Positions 1-7,850 are shown, counted from the stretch's first letter. The stretch: DNA of 32,000 bases from Pseudoalteromonas tetraodonis (GCF_002310835.1 NZ_CP011041.1:1560001-1592000); one strand, 5' to 3'. Notes: generated by a model not told the origin, from the sequence alone. Made by a program: numbers and translations.

Positions 1-1303
1 TGTACAGCCAATTATTGGTTATTGGAGTGATAAGACGTGGGGCAAATTAGGTCGCCGTCGTCCGTTTTTTTTATACGGCGCTATTTTAACCACATTATCG
101 TTATTTATTATGCCAAACTCACCAACACTTTGGATTGCAGCGGGCATGTTATGGATCATGGATGCATCGATTAACGTCACCATGGAACCATTTCGCGCCC
201 TTGTAGGCGATAACCTACCAAACAAACAGCGTGCTACTGGCTATGCAATGCAAAGCTTTTTTATAGGCGTAGGCGCCGTGGTTGCTTCTGCACTCCCTTG
301 GATGATGACGAACTGGTTTGATATTGCCAACACCGCCGCTGCAGGGCAAATTCCTGATTCAGTAAAGTACTCATTTTACTTTGGTGCAGTTGTATTGCTG
401 GTCGCAGTAGGCTGGACAATTATAACCACCAAAGAATATTCACCTGAAGAATTGGCCGCATTTAATCAACAAGAGCAAGCTAAAGTCGAACAGACGGTTT
501 GTGCACAAATTAACTTTAGTAAAGGCGGCAGTGTATTTACCGTGTTAGGGCTTGCAGTACTTGGTTTAGTCACGGGATTAAACCTAGAAAAAGAGCTGTA
601 CCTATTAGCAGCTGGCTTAGTGAGTTTTGGCGTTATTCAATTTATTGCAGCCGCACTACAGGCAAAAAACCACACCAGCGGTGGCTTTTACCAAGTCGTT
701 AACGATGTATTCACCATGCCAGAGGCGATGAAACAACTTGCTTGGGTACAGTTTTTTAGCTGGTTTGCCTTATTTGCCATGTGGATTTACACCACCTCAG
801 CGGTAACCAGTTTTCATTATGGTAGCAGTGACACAAGTTCAGCGGCGTATAACAATGGTGCAGACTGGGTGGGTATTTTATTTGCGGCTTACAACGGTTT
901 TGCTGCATTGGCGGCTTTATGTATCCCGATCATCGTTAAGCGTGTTGGTTTAAAACTAGCGCATGCACTTAACCTTATTTTAGGTGCCTTAGGTTTAGCG
1001 AGCTTTATGTTTATAAAAGATCCGAGCTTACTTATTTGGCCAATGATAGGTATTGGTTTTGCGTGGGCGTCTATATTGTCGTTGCCTTACGCCATGTTAA
1101 GTACCTCAGTACCGAGTCATAAAATGGGTGTGTATATGGGAATATTTAACTTTTTTATTGTGATCCCACAATTATTAGCCGCCAGTGTACTTGGCCTGAT
1201 ACTCCGTCACTTTTTCCAAAATCAACCTATTTACGCATTGATGCTAGGTGCTGTGTCTTTTGTACTTGCAGCGGTTGCTGTACTGCGTGTTAAACAGTCT
1301 TAA
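1..1303 (+). CDS. MFS/GPH-type sugar:cation symporter (SLC45 / sucrose-transporter-like), 5' end outside the window
   Basis: Frame 2 is open from base 2 (VQPIIGYWSDKTWGKLGRRRPFFLYGAIL...), so the Met at 110 in the ORF track is internal. It has the GRRRPF loop motif followed by many hydrophobic helices. The stop is at 1301-1303, 14 nt before the GH15 gene. Confidence 0.85.
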   Translation, partial: VQPIIGYWSDKTWGKLGRRRPFFLYGAILTTLSLFIMPNSPTLWIAAGMLWIMDASINVTMEPFRALVGDNLPNKQRATGYAMQSFFIGVGAVVASALPWMMTNWFDIANTAAAGQIPDSVKYSFYFGAVVLLVAVGWTIITTKEYSPEELAAFNQQEQAKVEQTVCAQINFSKGGSVFTVLGLAVLGLVTGLNLEKELYLLAAGLVSFGVIQFIAAALQAKNHTSGGFYQVVNDVFTMPEAMKQLAWVQFFSWFALFAMWIYTTSAVTSFHYGSSDTSSAAYNNGADWVGILFAAYNGFAALAALCIPIIVKRVGLKLAHALNLILGALGLASFMFIKDPSLLIWPMIGIGFAWASILSLPYAMLSTSVPSHKMGVYMGIFNFFIVIPQLLAASVLGLILRHFFQNQPIYALMLGAVSFVLAAVAVLRVKQS

Positions 1304-1317
1304 TTTAAGGGGCTAAA

Positions 1318-3723
1318 ATGAAAAAATATAATCTAATTACCGCGACAATATTGGCCGCAGGCCTTGTAGGTTGTGGTGTGCAAAATACGCAAACCAGTGC
1401 AGTAGCGCAAACATCAGTGAGTGCGCCAGGCGCACCAGGCGAAGCCCCATTTTGGGCATACGCAGGCAAAACTGGGATAGGCACGTCTTTTGAGCAATAC
1501 CAAAATGGCCATTACAGTGACGAAGCACCTACAGGTAAAGTGTCAAAAGTATGGTTTTCGATTGCCAAAGGGATGATCACCGAAACCATGTTCGGGCTTA
1601 TTCATCAAGCGCAGATTAAAGACATGCAATTTGTTGTAGTCGGAAAAGATTTTACAGTCACCGAAGCTGACGATTTAGACGTTACCATTGATTACTTATA
1701 CAAAGACGATAAAGGCCGCCCGTTATCATTAGCATACAAAGTAGTAAGCAAAGATAAGCAAGGTCGCTTTAGCCTCGAAAAACATATATTTACCGACCCA
1801 GACGGTCAAAGCTTATTTGTACGCAGTATTTTTAATACCCAGCTTGACGGTGTAAAAGCATATGTAACAGTTAACCCGTATATAAACAACAACGGCTTAG
1901 ATGACTTTGCAAAAACCATCGAGCAAGGATTGGTAGCGTGGCAGGGCGATAATTACTTGTCATTGCAAGGTGCACAGCCATTTAAACAAACAAGTGTTGG
2001 TTTTACAGGTGTGAGCGATGGTTTAAGCCAGCTTAAAACAACTCAGCAGCTTACCCGAGTTTATAAAACTACCGGTGAACAATCGGGTAATGTTAGCCTA
2101 CTTGCAGAGCTGGGTGAAATTGGTAAAAACAGCCAGTTCGATTTAACCCTAAGCTTTGGTAACAACCAGCAATCAAGCTTTAAACAAGGGCAAGCTACGC
2201 TAGCCAAAGGTTACCAAGCTGTGCTTGATAATTACAACGGTAAAGGCGAAGCGCTTGGTTGGCAAGACTACCTGCAAAGCCTTGCACCGCTAAACAACAT
2301 GAGCGAACAAACCGCTGATAACGGCAAGTTACTTTACACCAGTGCTATGGTGTTAAAAGCGCAAGAAGACAAAACTCATGCTGGGGCACTTATTGCCTCT
2401 TTATCTAACCCATGGGGTGAAACCGTATCGGCGAAAACCGGCTCTACCGGTTACAAAGCGGTATGGGTGCGCGACTTTTATCAAGTTGCCATGGCATTTA
2501 TGGCACTAGGCGATACCGCAACAGCCAAAACCGCATTTGAATACCTTGAAAAAGTACAAGTAAACAGCAAAACCCCGGGCAACAAAGGCGACACAGGGTG
2601 GTTTTTACAAAAAACACACGTAGATGGCGAACTTGAATGGGTAGGCGTACAGCTAGACCAAACCGCTATGCCTATTATGCTAGCGTGGAAGCTTCATCAG
2701 GCAGATGTGTTAAGTGGTGCTGAGCTAACTGATTGGTATACCCGCATGTTAAAACCGGCCGCTGACCTTTTGGTAGACGGTGGGCGCGCTAAAATCCTAT
2801 GGAACGACATGCAAATAACCCCACCTGCGACTCAACAAGAGCGTTGGGAAGAGCAAGAAGGGTATTCGCCATCAACCACCGCTGCTGTTATTGCCGGTTT
2901 AATTACCGCCGCTGATATTGCAAAAATGGCAGGTGATGAGGTAAATGCTAAACGCTACCTTGCAACAGCAAAAAGTTACAACGCCGATATAGAAAGCATG
3001 ATGTTTACCACCGCAGGAAATTTAGAATCAAACGCATCAGACGGCGAGTATTTTATACGTATTGGTCAAGACAAAGACGCCAATTCAAATACTAAAATTA
3101 ACGCCAATAATGGCCGTGACGGGTTTAATAAAAAGCAAATTCTCGATGGTGGATTTTTAGAGCTCGTTCGCTATGGTGTACGTGATGCACTAGCGCCTAG
3201 CATAGTAAAAACACTCCCAGAATATGATGACGAAACCCTAACCGATAACCTACAAGTTAAATACAGCTTTGAGTTTACTGATGGCAGCGGCACATTTGCA
3301 GGATACCGCCGCTATGGTAACGACGGGTACGGTGAAGATGAAGTAACTGGCGCTAACTATGCGCAAGGTGGAAAAAATAGCCCAGGGCAACGTGGGCGAG
3401 TTTGGCCATTTTTTACCGGTGAACGGGGCCATTATGAAATTGCCGCCGCAAATGCTAATAATACCTTAGATGCAACAAAACAGCAGGCTATTAAAAATAG
3501 CTATGTAAAAGGGCTAGAGCAATTTGCTAACGAAGGTATGATGCTACCAGAACAAGTATGGGATGGCGTAGGCGTAAATAAAGCAGGATACACGTTAGGC
3601 GAGGGTACAAACTCGGCCACACCACTGGCGTGGACGCATGCTGAATACGTGAAGCTAGTGCGCTCACTAAGCGACAAACAAGTATGGGATCATTATCCGG
3701 TGGTAACTAAAGCACTAAAATAA
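1318..3723 (+). CDS. GH15 glucoamylase / glucodextranase-type glucan 1,4-alpha-glucosidase, lipoprotein
   Basis: Lipobox LAAGLVGC at the N-terminus. GH15-type motifs are present: AVWVRDFYQVAMAF and QERWEEQEGYSPST (general-acid region). The 801-aa size fits bacterial GH15 with an N-terminal beta-sandwich domain. An AAGGGG RBS precedes the ATG. Confidence 0.85.
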   Translation: MKKYNLITATILAAGLVGCGVQNTQTSAVAQTSVSAPGAPGEAPFWAYAGKTGIGTSFEQYQNGHYSDEAPTGKVSKVWFSIAKGMITETMFGLIHQAQIKDMQFVVVGKDFTVTEADDLDVTIDYLYKDDKGRPLSLAYKVVSKDKQGRFSLEKHIFTDPDGQSLFVRSIFNTQLDGVKAYVTVNPYINNNGLDDFAKTIEQGLVAWQGDNYLSLQGAQPFKQTSVGFTGVSDGLSQLKTTQQLTRVYKTTGEQSGNVSLLAELGEIGKNSQFDLTLSFGNNQQSSFKQGQATLAKGYQAVLDNYNGKGEALGWQDYLQSLAPLNNMSEQTADNGKLLYTSAMVLKAQEDKTHAGALIASLSNPWGETVSAKTGSTGYKAVWVRDFYQVAMAFMALGDTATAKTAFEYLEKVQVNSKTPGNKGDTGWFLQKTHVDGELEWVGVQLDQTAMPIMLAWKLHQADVLSGAELTDWYTRMLKPAADLLVDGGRAKILWNDMQITPPATQQERWEEQEGYSPSTTAAVIAGLITAADIAKMAGDEVNAKRYLATAKSYNADIESMMFTTAGNLESNASDGEYFIRIGQDKDANSNTKINANNGRDGFNKKQILDGGFLELVRYGVRDALAPSIVKTLPEYDDETLTDNLQVKYSFEFTDGSGTFAGYRRYGNDGYGEDEVTGANYAQGGKNSPGQRGRVWPFFTGERGHYEIAAANANNTLDATKQQAIKNSYVKGLEQFANEGMMLPEQVWDGVGVNKAGYTLGEGTNSATPLAWTHAEYVKLVRSLSDKQVWDHYPVVTKALK

Positions 3724-3751
3724 CCACAAACTATCCGCAGTTCAGGTTAAT

Positions 3752-3790
3752 TAACATAGCCGTAGTAAAATACGGCTATGTTATTTATTA
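3752..3790 (+). terminator. Rho-independent terminator after the GH15 gene
   Basis: A perfect 13-bp stem (TAACATAGCCGTA / TACGGCTATGTTA) with a 6-nt loop, followed by TTTATTA. Confidence 0.7.
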
Positions 3791-3809
3791 CAATAATAAC
3801 GAGGCTGAA

Positions 3810-5522
3810 ATGAAAACATTTACCTTGAGCGCATTAGCATTAGCAATCATGCTAACAGGCTGCCAAAGCGCACCATCATTAAATAACAACACGAATAACA
3901 CCGAAACATCGCAATTAAATACTAAACAACAAGCAAGCCCGTGGTGGGAAAGCGCCATTTTTTACCAAATTTGGCCACGCAGCTTTTACGATAGCGATGC
4001 TGATGGTCATGGCGACTTTAACGGTATGACCCAAAAGCTCCCGTATTTACAAGAGCTCGGCGTAAATGCACTGTGGTTAACCCCCATGTTTGAAGCACCG
4101 TCGTATCATGGCTATGATTTTACTGAATTTTACCAAGTAGAAAACGACTACGGCAGCATGGCCGAGTTTGAAGCCTTTATAAAAGCCGCTGATGATAAAG
4201 GCATGAAAGTCATACTTGATTTAGTTATAAACCATATATCAAGTAACCATGAATGGTTTCAGCGTTCAGCAAAACAAGAAGCCCCTTATGCAGATTACTT
4301 TATTTGGCGCGACGATATGCCAAAAGCCGGAAGTGGTTGGGGGCATGCATGGAGTAATAACGACCAACCCGATGTCGTATGGCATTGGAATGAAACACGC
4401 CAGCAGTATTACTATGGTGCGTTTGGAGCAAGCCAACCTGATTTAAATTTACGCCACCCAGATGTTATTGCTGAAATGGAAAAAATGGCTAAGTTTTGGC
4501 TTGATAAAGGCGTTGCTGGTTTTAGGTTAGACGCAGTTCGCTTTGCCATGGAAAGCGGCGGCAATGCGCAGGCCGACACAGACGAAACCATAGCTTACTG
4601 GCAGCACTTTAATCAGTATGTAAAAAGTGTAAACCCTGAGGCCTATTTAGTCGGTGAAGCCTGGGCAGATATTCCTGTGGCGGCAAAATACTTTGGCGAA
4701 GGTAAAGGGCTTGATCAAGGCTTTGATTTTGAAGTGGGCTATAAAATACTGGGCTTATTAAAACCCGACGCCAGTGGTGAAGCGCAATTTGGCACCATGC
4801 AATCTAATCAACAAGTGAATACAGTTGATGCCAATGTGCTCAAACAAAATTTACAGCAACGTATTGACTCAGTCGCACCGCTTGATTTTTTTGCACCGTT
4901 TTTAACTAACCACGACCAAGAGCGTGTGGCTTATCAACTTGCTGAACACGACGATAAAGCAAAACTTGCTGCCGCTATGTTATTTAGCTCTCCTGGCACG
5001 CCGTATATTTATTACGGTGAAGAGATAGGCTTAACACAAGGTGGCACAGGTCACGATGTGTATAAACGTGCGCCTATGCAATGGGACAACAGCAATCAAG
5101 CCGGTTTTACTCAAGCTCAAACAAGTTGGGTTGAGCAGGCTGAACTGTTTGGTGACAACTACACCCAGTGGTGGCCTGAATTTTTAGCACAGCAAATTAA
5201 TGCTGCTGATCGCAATGTAAAAACGCAACAAGCGCAATCTAATTCAATTTGGCGTTTATATCAGCACTTAATCGCACTAAAAAAACAGCGCCCAGAACTG
5301 GGTATTAAAGGTCGTTATGAATTAACACAGCATAACAACGGCCTTGTCGAAATAACCCGCGAGTTAAACGGCAGTAAAAGTATGTTTGTACTTAACTTAA
5401 CCGCTAACCCGCAAAGCATCAGCGGTATAAAACGTCAGGGGTTAACGCCTAGCTGGCAACACGACCTCAATGGCGAACAACTCGCTGGCTATGGTTTGTT
5501 GTTACTGAATAACACACTATAA
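3810..5522 (+). CDS. GH13 alpha-amylase-family enzyme (oligo-1,6-glucosidase / alpha-glucosidase-like), lipoprotein
   Basis: Lipobox MLTGCQS. GH13 conserved regions are present: DLVINH (I), GFRLDAVRF (II, nucleophile Asp), VGEAW (III, Glu) and FLTNHDQERV (IV). A GAGG RBS is present. Confidence 0.9.
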   Translation: MKTFTLSALALAIMLTGCQSAPSLNNNTNNTETSQLNTKQQASPWWESAIFYQIWPRSFYDSDADGHGDFNGMTQKLPYLQELGVNALWLTPMFEAPSYHGYDFTEFYQVENDYGSMAEFEAFIKAADDKGMKVILDLVINHISSNHEWFQRSAKQEAPYADYFIWRDDMPKAGSGWGHAWSNNDQPDVVWHWNETRQQYYYGAFGASQPDLNLRHPDVIAEMEKMAKFWLDKGVAGFRLDAVRFAMESGGNAQADTDETIAYWQHFNQYVKSVNPEAYLVGEAWADIPVAAKYFGEGKGLDQGFDFEVGYKILGLLKPDASGEAQFGTMQSNQQVNTVDANVLKQNLQQRIDSVAPLDFFAPFLTNHDQERVAYQLAEHDDKAKLAAAMLFSSPGTPYIYYGEEIGLTQGGTGHDVYKRAPMQWDNSNQAGFTQAQTSWVEQAELFGDNYTQWWPEFLAQQINAADRNVKTQQAQSNSIWRLYQHLIALKKQRPELGIKGRYELTQHNNGLVEITRELNGSKSMFVLNLTANPQSISGIKRQGLTPSWQHDLNGEQLAGYGLLLLNNTL

Positions 5523-5535
5523 ATAAAATACACAT

Positions 5536-5566
5536 AAAAGGGGCTAACATACGTTAGCCCCTTTTA
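5536..5566. terminator. Bidirectional rho-independent terminator
   Basis: AAAAGGGGCTAAC-atac-GTTAGCCCCTTTT forms a 13-bp perfect stem. An A-run lies on one side and a T-run on the other. Confidence 0.85.
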
Positions 5567-5608
5567 TGTACATGCTTTAATTGCATTACCCCCAAGTTAT
5601 AGCGCATT

Positions 5609-5774
5609 TTAATGAATCATAAGTCGCTTAACTTCTTCTGGCGTCATGGCACTTATCATGAAAATGAATATGAGATGCAATCCACCTCAGGTAGGTGTCC
5701 ACGGTACGTAATGAATACTGATGTACCAACATATATTCAGCAATGTAATTTAAAAATGGGGAACGCGTTTTCAT
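5609..5774 (-). pseudogene. intI: Integron integrase (intI) N-terminal remnant, frameshifted and truncated
   Basis: Minus-strand 5774->5631 reads MKTRSPFLNYIAEYMLVHQYSLRTVDTYLRWIASHIHFHDKCHDARRS*. A shifted frame continues TPEEVKRLMIH* (stop at 5609-5611). The pattern YSLRT..Y..W....I.FH.K.H(P)...EV resembles the N-terminal SAM-like domain of IntI1/IntI4 as I recall them. The catalytic domain is entirely absent. Confidence 0.75.
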
Positions 5775-5794
5775 ATCATCATCAATATTGAAGG

Positions 5795-5810
5795 CTGTAT
5801 AAATATACAG
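5795..5810. promoter_or_regulatory. LexA (SOS) box upstream of the intI remnant
   Basis: CTGTATAAATATACAG matches the gammaproteobacterial CTGT-N8-ACAG consensus. It lies 21 bp upstream of the intI ATG, and its minus-strand reading contains a TATATT -10-like hexamer. Confidence 0.75.
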
Positions 5811-5988
5811 TCTAGTTGTTTTGCTCCCATATTCAAGAAAATGAGCGCTGAGCGCACTTTCTTATTATATTTAGTAGCAAGAAAAAATTTTAGCTGGCAA
5901 TGAGTTAAGTTATTTGTTAAAAAAGTAATTAATAAATATATTAGCGTGACGTTGGCAGAAATATACGCGACGAGCGCACTATAAAATT

Positions 5989-5995
5989 GTTAGGT
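5989..5995 (+). other. attI-like core site (GTTRRRY) at the start of the first cassette
   Basis: GTTAGGT fits GTTRRRY exactly. It lies about 215 bp from the intI start on the cassette side and just before the RBS and ATG of the first cassette ORF. Confidence 0.4.
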
Positions 5996-6017
5996 GTTTC
6001 TCAGGTTTGGAGTTCAA

Positions 6018-6254
6018 ATGGGATTTAAGTTTTGGTTCGTTAGAGCATTAAAAGTATTTCTTGGAGTAGCAGCCTTACTTTTTATAGTTGAGTTGCTTAA
6101 ACAGCACTCAGTTCAAGAAGCATTAATTTTTGCTTGTACTTGGTCATTGATTACAACAGCATTGTTTATATGTTCAAGACTATATCAATCACGTAAAGGT
6201 GTAGAGTGTGCTTTGTGCAATGATATTCCAGACAAAAGTGATAAAAACACCTAA
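6018..6254 (+). CDS. Cassette ORF 1: small two-helix membrane protein, unknown function
   Basis: ATG at 6018 has a GGAG RBS 5 nt upstream (the track's GTG at 5994 lacks one). There are two hydrophobic segments. The TAA stop is fused to the attC TAAC box. Confidence 0.6.
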   Translation: MGFKFWFVRALKVFLGVAALLFIVELLKQHSVQEALIFACTWSLITTALFICSRLYQSRKGVECALCNDIPDKSDKNT

Positions 6255-6349
6255 CAAGAATTTAAAGCGGGACTGCTAACAGTTTGCTCGGTTTCGCTAC
6301 GCTACACATTTTAGCAAACAATTAACAGCCCCTTAAATGGGCGTTATGT
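6249..6349 (+). other. attC recombination site 1 (about 100-bp imperfect palindrome)
   Basis: ACCTAAC (RYYYAAC) ...GTTATGT. The arms pair imperfectly: TAAC/GTTA, ATTTAA/TTAAAT, and GGGACTGCTAACAGTTTGCT against AGCAAACAATTAACAGCCCC with bulges. The overall form resembles Vibrio VCR-type attC sites (TAACAA...GGGACTG...CAGCCCCTTA..GGGCGTTA). Confidence 0.8.
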
Positions 6350-6367
6350 TACTAGATAAGGATATTT

Positions 6368-6634
6368 ATGAAATTAAGCATCGGAGCTTTATTAACACTC
6401 TTTCTAATCTCAGGCTGTACAAGTACATCAATTAAGCCGTTGAAATGGGAATACAAAACTATAAATGTAAATCCATTTAAAAATGGGCTTATTGGTAGAG
6501 AGCTAAGAGAAATCGAAAAGGAATATTCTAATACGCAAAAAGAGCTTCTTTCAAAATATGGTGAAGATGGCTGGGAATTGGTTCATATTGAGGGTAAAAA
6601 CTATATTTTTAAAAGGCCAGTTCAGGTTAATTAA
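6368..6634 (+). CDS. Cassette ORF 2: small lipoprotein, DUF4177-like
   Basis: AAGGA RBS 5 nt upstream. Lipobox LISGCTS. WEYKTI...GEDGWELV resembles the DUF4177 signature as I recall it. Confidence 0.7.
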   Translation: MKLSIGALLTLFLISGCTSTSIKPLKWEYKTINVNPFKNGLIGRELREIEKEYSNTQKELLSKYGEDGWELVHIEGKNYIFKRPVQVN

Positions 6635-6642
6635 GTAACATA

Positions 6643-6647
6643 ACAAG
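6643..6647. repeat. 5-bp direct repeat ACAAG (CTTGT on the transposase strand), junction at the transposase 3' (right) end of the IS
   Basis: Identical pentamers lie at 6643-6647 and 7846-7850 and bracket the IS. CTTGT is the target/duplication reported for IS492 (from memory). Confidence 0.75.
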
Positions 6648-6656
6648 TGACTATGG

Positions 6657-6662
6657 TGTCAA
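6657..6662 (-). promoter_or_regulatory. -35 hexamer TTGACA at the transposase 3' (right) end of the IS, outward-facing half of a junction promoter
   Basis: On the transposase strand the element ends ...GGAATTGACACCATAGTCA, followed by the core CTTGT. Confidence 0.55.
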
Positions 6663-6671
6663 TTCCTAATT

Positions 6672-7625
6672 TTAAACCATTTTAGGATCCCACATGGCAC
6701 CATCCCTCACCATAGAATTTATGATCACTACCAGTTTTCGTATGCACGCAATAATGGCTACCTTTTTAGGCTTTCCTGCTTTGACCATGCGTTGATAAAG
6801 GTCTTTAAATTTAGAGTTGCACTGAATGGCTGACATCATCGCCATGTACATGGCAGTTCTTATTTTAGGTCGGCCGCCACGTATCATTCGCTTACCTTGA
6901 TACACGCCACTTTCACGATTAAATGGGGCTACACCCATTAAAGAAACGGCCTCTTTGTTGTTCACATAACCTAACTCAGGCATATCACTAAGCAAGTTAA
7001 ATGCGACCACATTGCCAACACCTAGCACACTTTGGATAATGGCATTTTTTGCTTTGTATTCGTCTCATTCTTCAATCAGTTTTTGAAGTTTTAAATCGAC
7101 TTTATCTATTTGGTTTTTCAGTGCAGTTAAGATAGGTTTTATGAGTGACGATAGTGTTTTTGGCATTATTTGAGAGCGATTTTTCTCCATCGTTTGCATA
7201 TCCATTAACTGACGTCTTCTCGAGAGTAAATCGCTCATCAAGCGCATTTGCTCTGGCTTTAAAGATGATAAAGGCGGTTTAATCGCTTCACCAAAGTGAG
7301 CAATAAGTTGTGCATCAAGTTTATCCGTTTTTGCTTTTTGGCCGATAGCGCCTGCGAAGCGTTTTATGTTCACGGGATTAGCAATAACGAATGGAATATT
7401 CGCCTCAGCGCAGGCTATGATAAAAGGCTGTTCAAGACGTCCACTTGCCTCAATAGTAACGCGTGTTACTGGGTGTTTTTTTAAGATTTGAATGGCGTGT
7501 TTAATGCCACTTTGATTATTTTCTACAGTAAAGTAAATGTCTAAAGGCCTGATATAAATATCGAGTTGTGTTTTACCTGTATCGACACCGACGTTAATTT
7601 CATTTTGATTATTTATTGTATTCAT
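6672..7625 (-). pseudogene. IS110-family (MooV/IS492-like) DEDD transposase with one in-frame TGA
   Basis: Track ORFs 7065..7625 and 6672..7028 are in the same frame (7625-7028 = 597 = 3 x 199). The read-through sequence is ...KLQKLIEE*DEYKAKNAIIQSVLGVGNVVAFNLLSDMPELG.... The N-terminal part has the IS110-family DEDD-domain pattern, and the C-terminal part has the IS110-family (Transposase_20-like) pattern (helix-hairpin-helix GVG). Confidence 0.85.
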
Positions 7626-7845
7626 AATAAGCTGACTCTGCCTTGCTATTCGGGCTCGAGGCCCCGTTGACTATCCGAGTTTAATGCTTGGAGTTTATAC
7701 AGCGTTCTAACTTGTTACTGGTCTCTCAATAGAGGAGCCTACGCTCAATCGAACTACTGTATAAAAGGCTTTGGTTGCAGCCAAAGCTTGGGCCTCACAT
7801 TACCCGAACTAGGTTAAAGTATTAATTTATGGGTTTATTATCCAT
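7626..7845 (-). ncRNA. Candidate IS110-family bridge/guide RNA in the transposase leader
   Basis: The leader is 220 nt and non-coding, with nested stems: GCTTTGG/CCAAAGC at 7768-7787 and TTTATACAG/CTGTATAAA at 7694-7702 and 7757-7765, extended by GTTC/GAAC. An internal-loop sequence, TAACAAGT, equals the attC target. A second loop sequence, ATAGTCA, equals the last 7 nt of the IS right end. Confidence 0.4.
7837..7842 (-). promoter_or_regulatory. -10 hexamer GATAAT at the upstream (left) end of the IS, second half of the junction promoter
   Basis: On the transposase strand the element starts ATGGATAATAAACCC. In a circle junction with one CTTGT copy the arrangement is TTGACA-17 nt-GATAAT. Confidence 0.55.
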
Positions 7846-7850
7846 ACAAG
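7846..7850. repeat. 5-bp direct repeat ACAAG, junction at the transposase-upstream (left) end of the IS
   Basis: See the repeat at 6643-6647. Confidence 0.75.

Larger units (their letters stand above)
6648..7850 (-). mobile_element. IS492-like insertion sequence (IS110 family), about 1.2 kb, inserted in attC site 2
   Basis: A DEDD-type transposase occupies most of the element. There are no terminal inverted repeats. ACAAG direct repeats flank it. Deleting 6648-7850 rebuilds an attC whose 5' arm (TAACAAGTCGTTAAAGCAGGACACTGCT) is homologous to attC1 (TAACAAGAATTTAAAGCGGGACTGCT). The 1203-bp length, including one repeat copy, is close to the 1202 bp I recall for IS492. Confidence 0.85.

Noticed and set aside
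3752-3783. Hairpin TAACATAGCCGTA...TACGGCTATGTTA, flanked by TAAC/GTTA, as a stray attC site
   Set aside because: The stem is perfect with no extrahelical bases, spans only about 32 bp (attC sites are roughly 55 bp or more and imperfect), is followed by a T-rich tract, and sits directly after a gene. An ordinary intrinsic terminator explains it.
7028-7065. Apparent frameshift splitting the IS110-family transposase into two ORFs
   Set aside because: Both ORFs are in the same reading frame (a start-coordinate difference of 597 nt). The break is a single in-frame TGA at 7065-7067, so I annotated it as a nonsense-interrupted gene rather than a frameshift.
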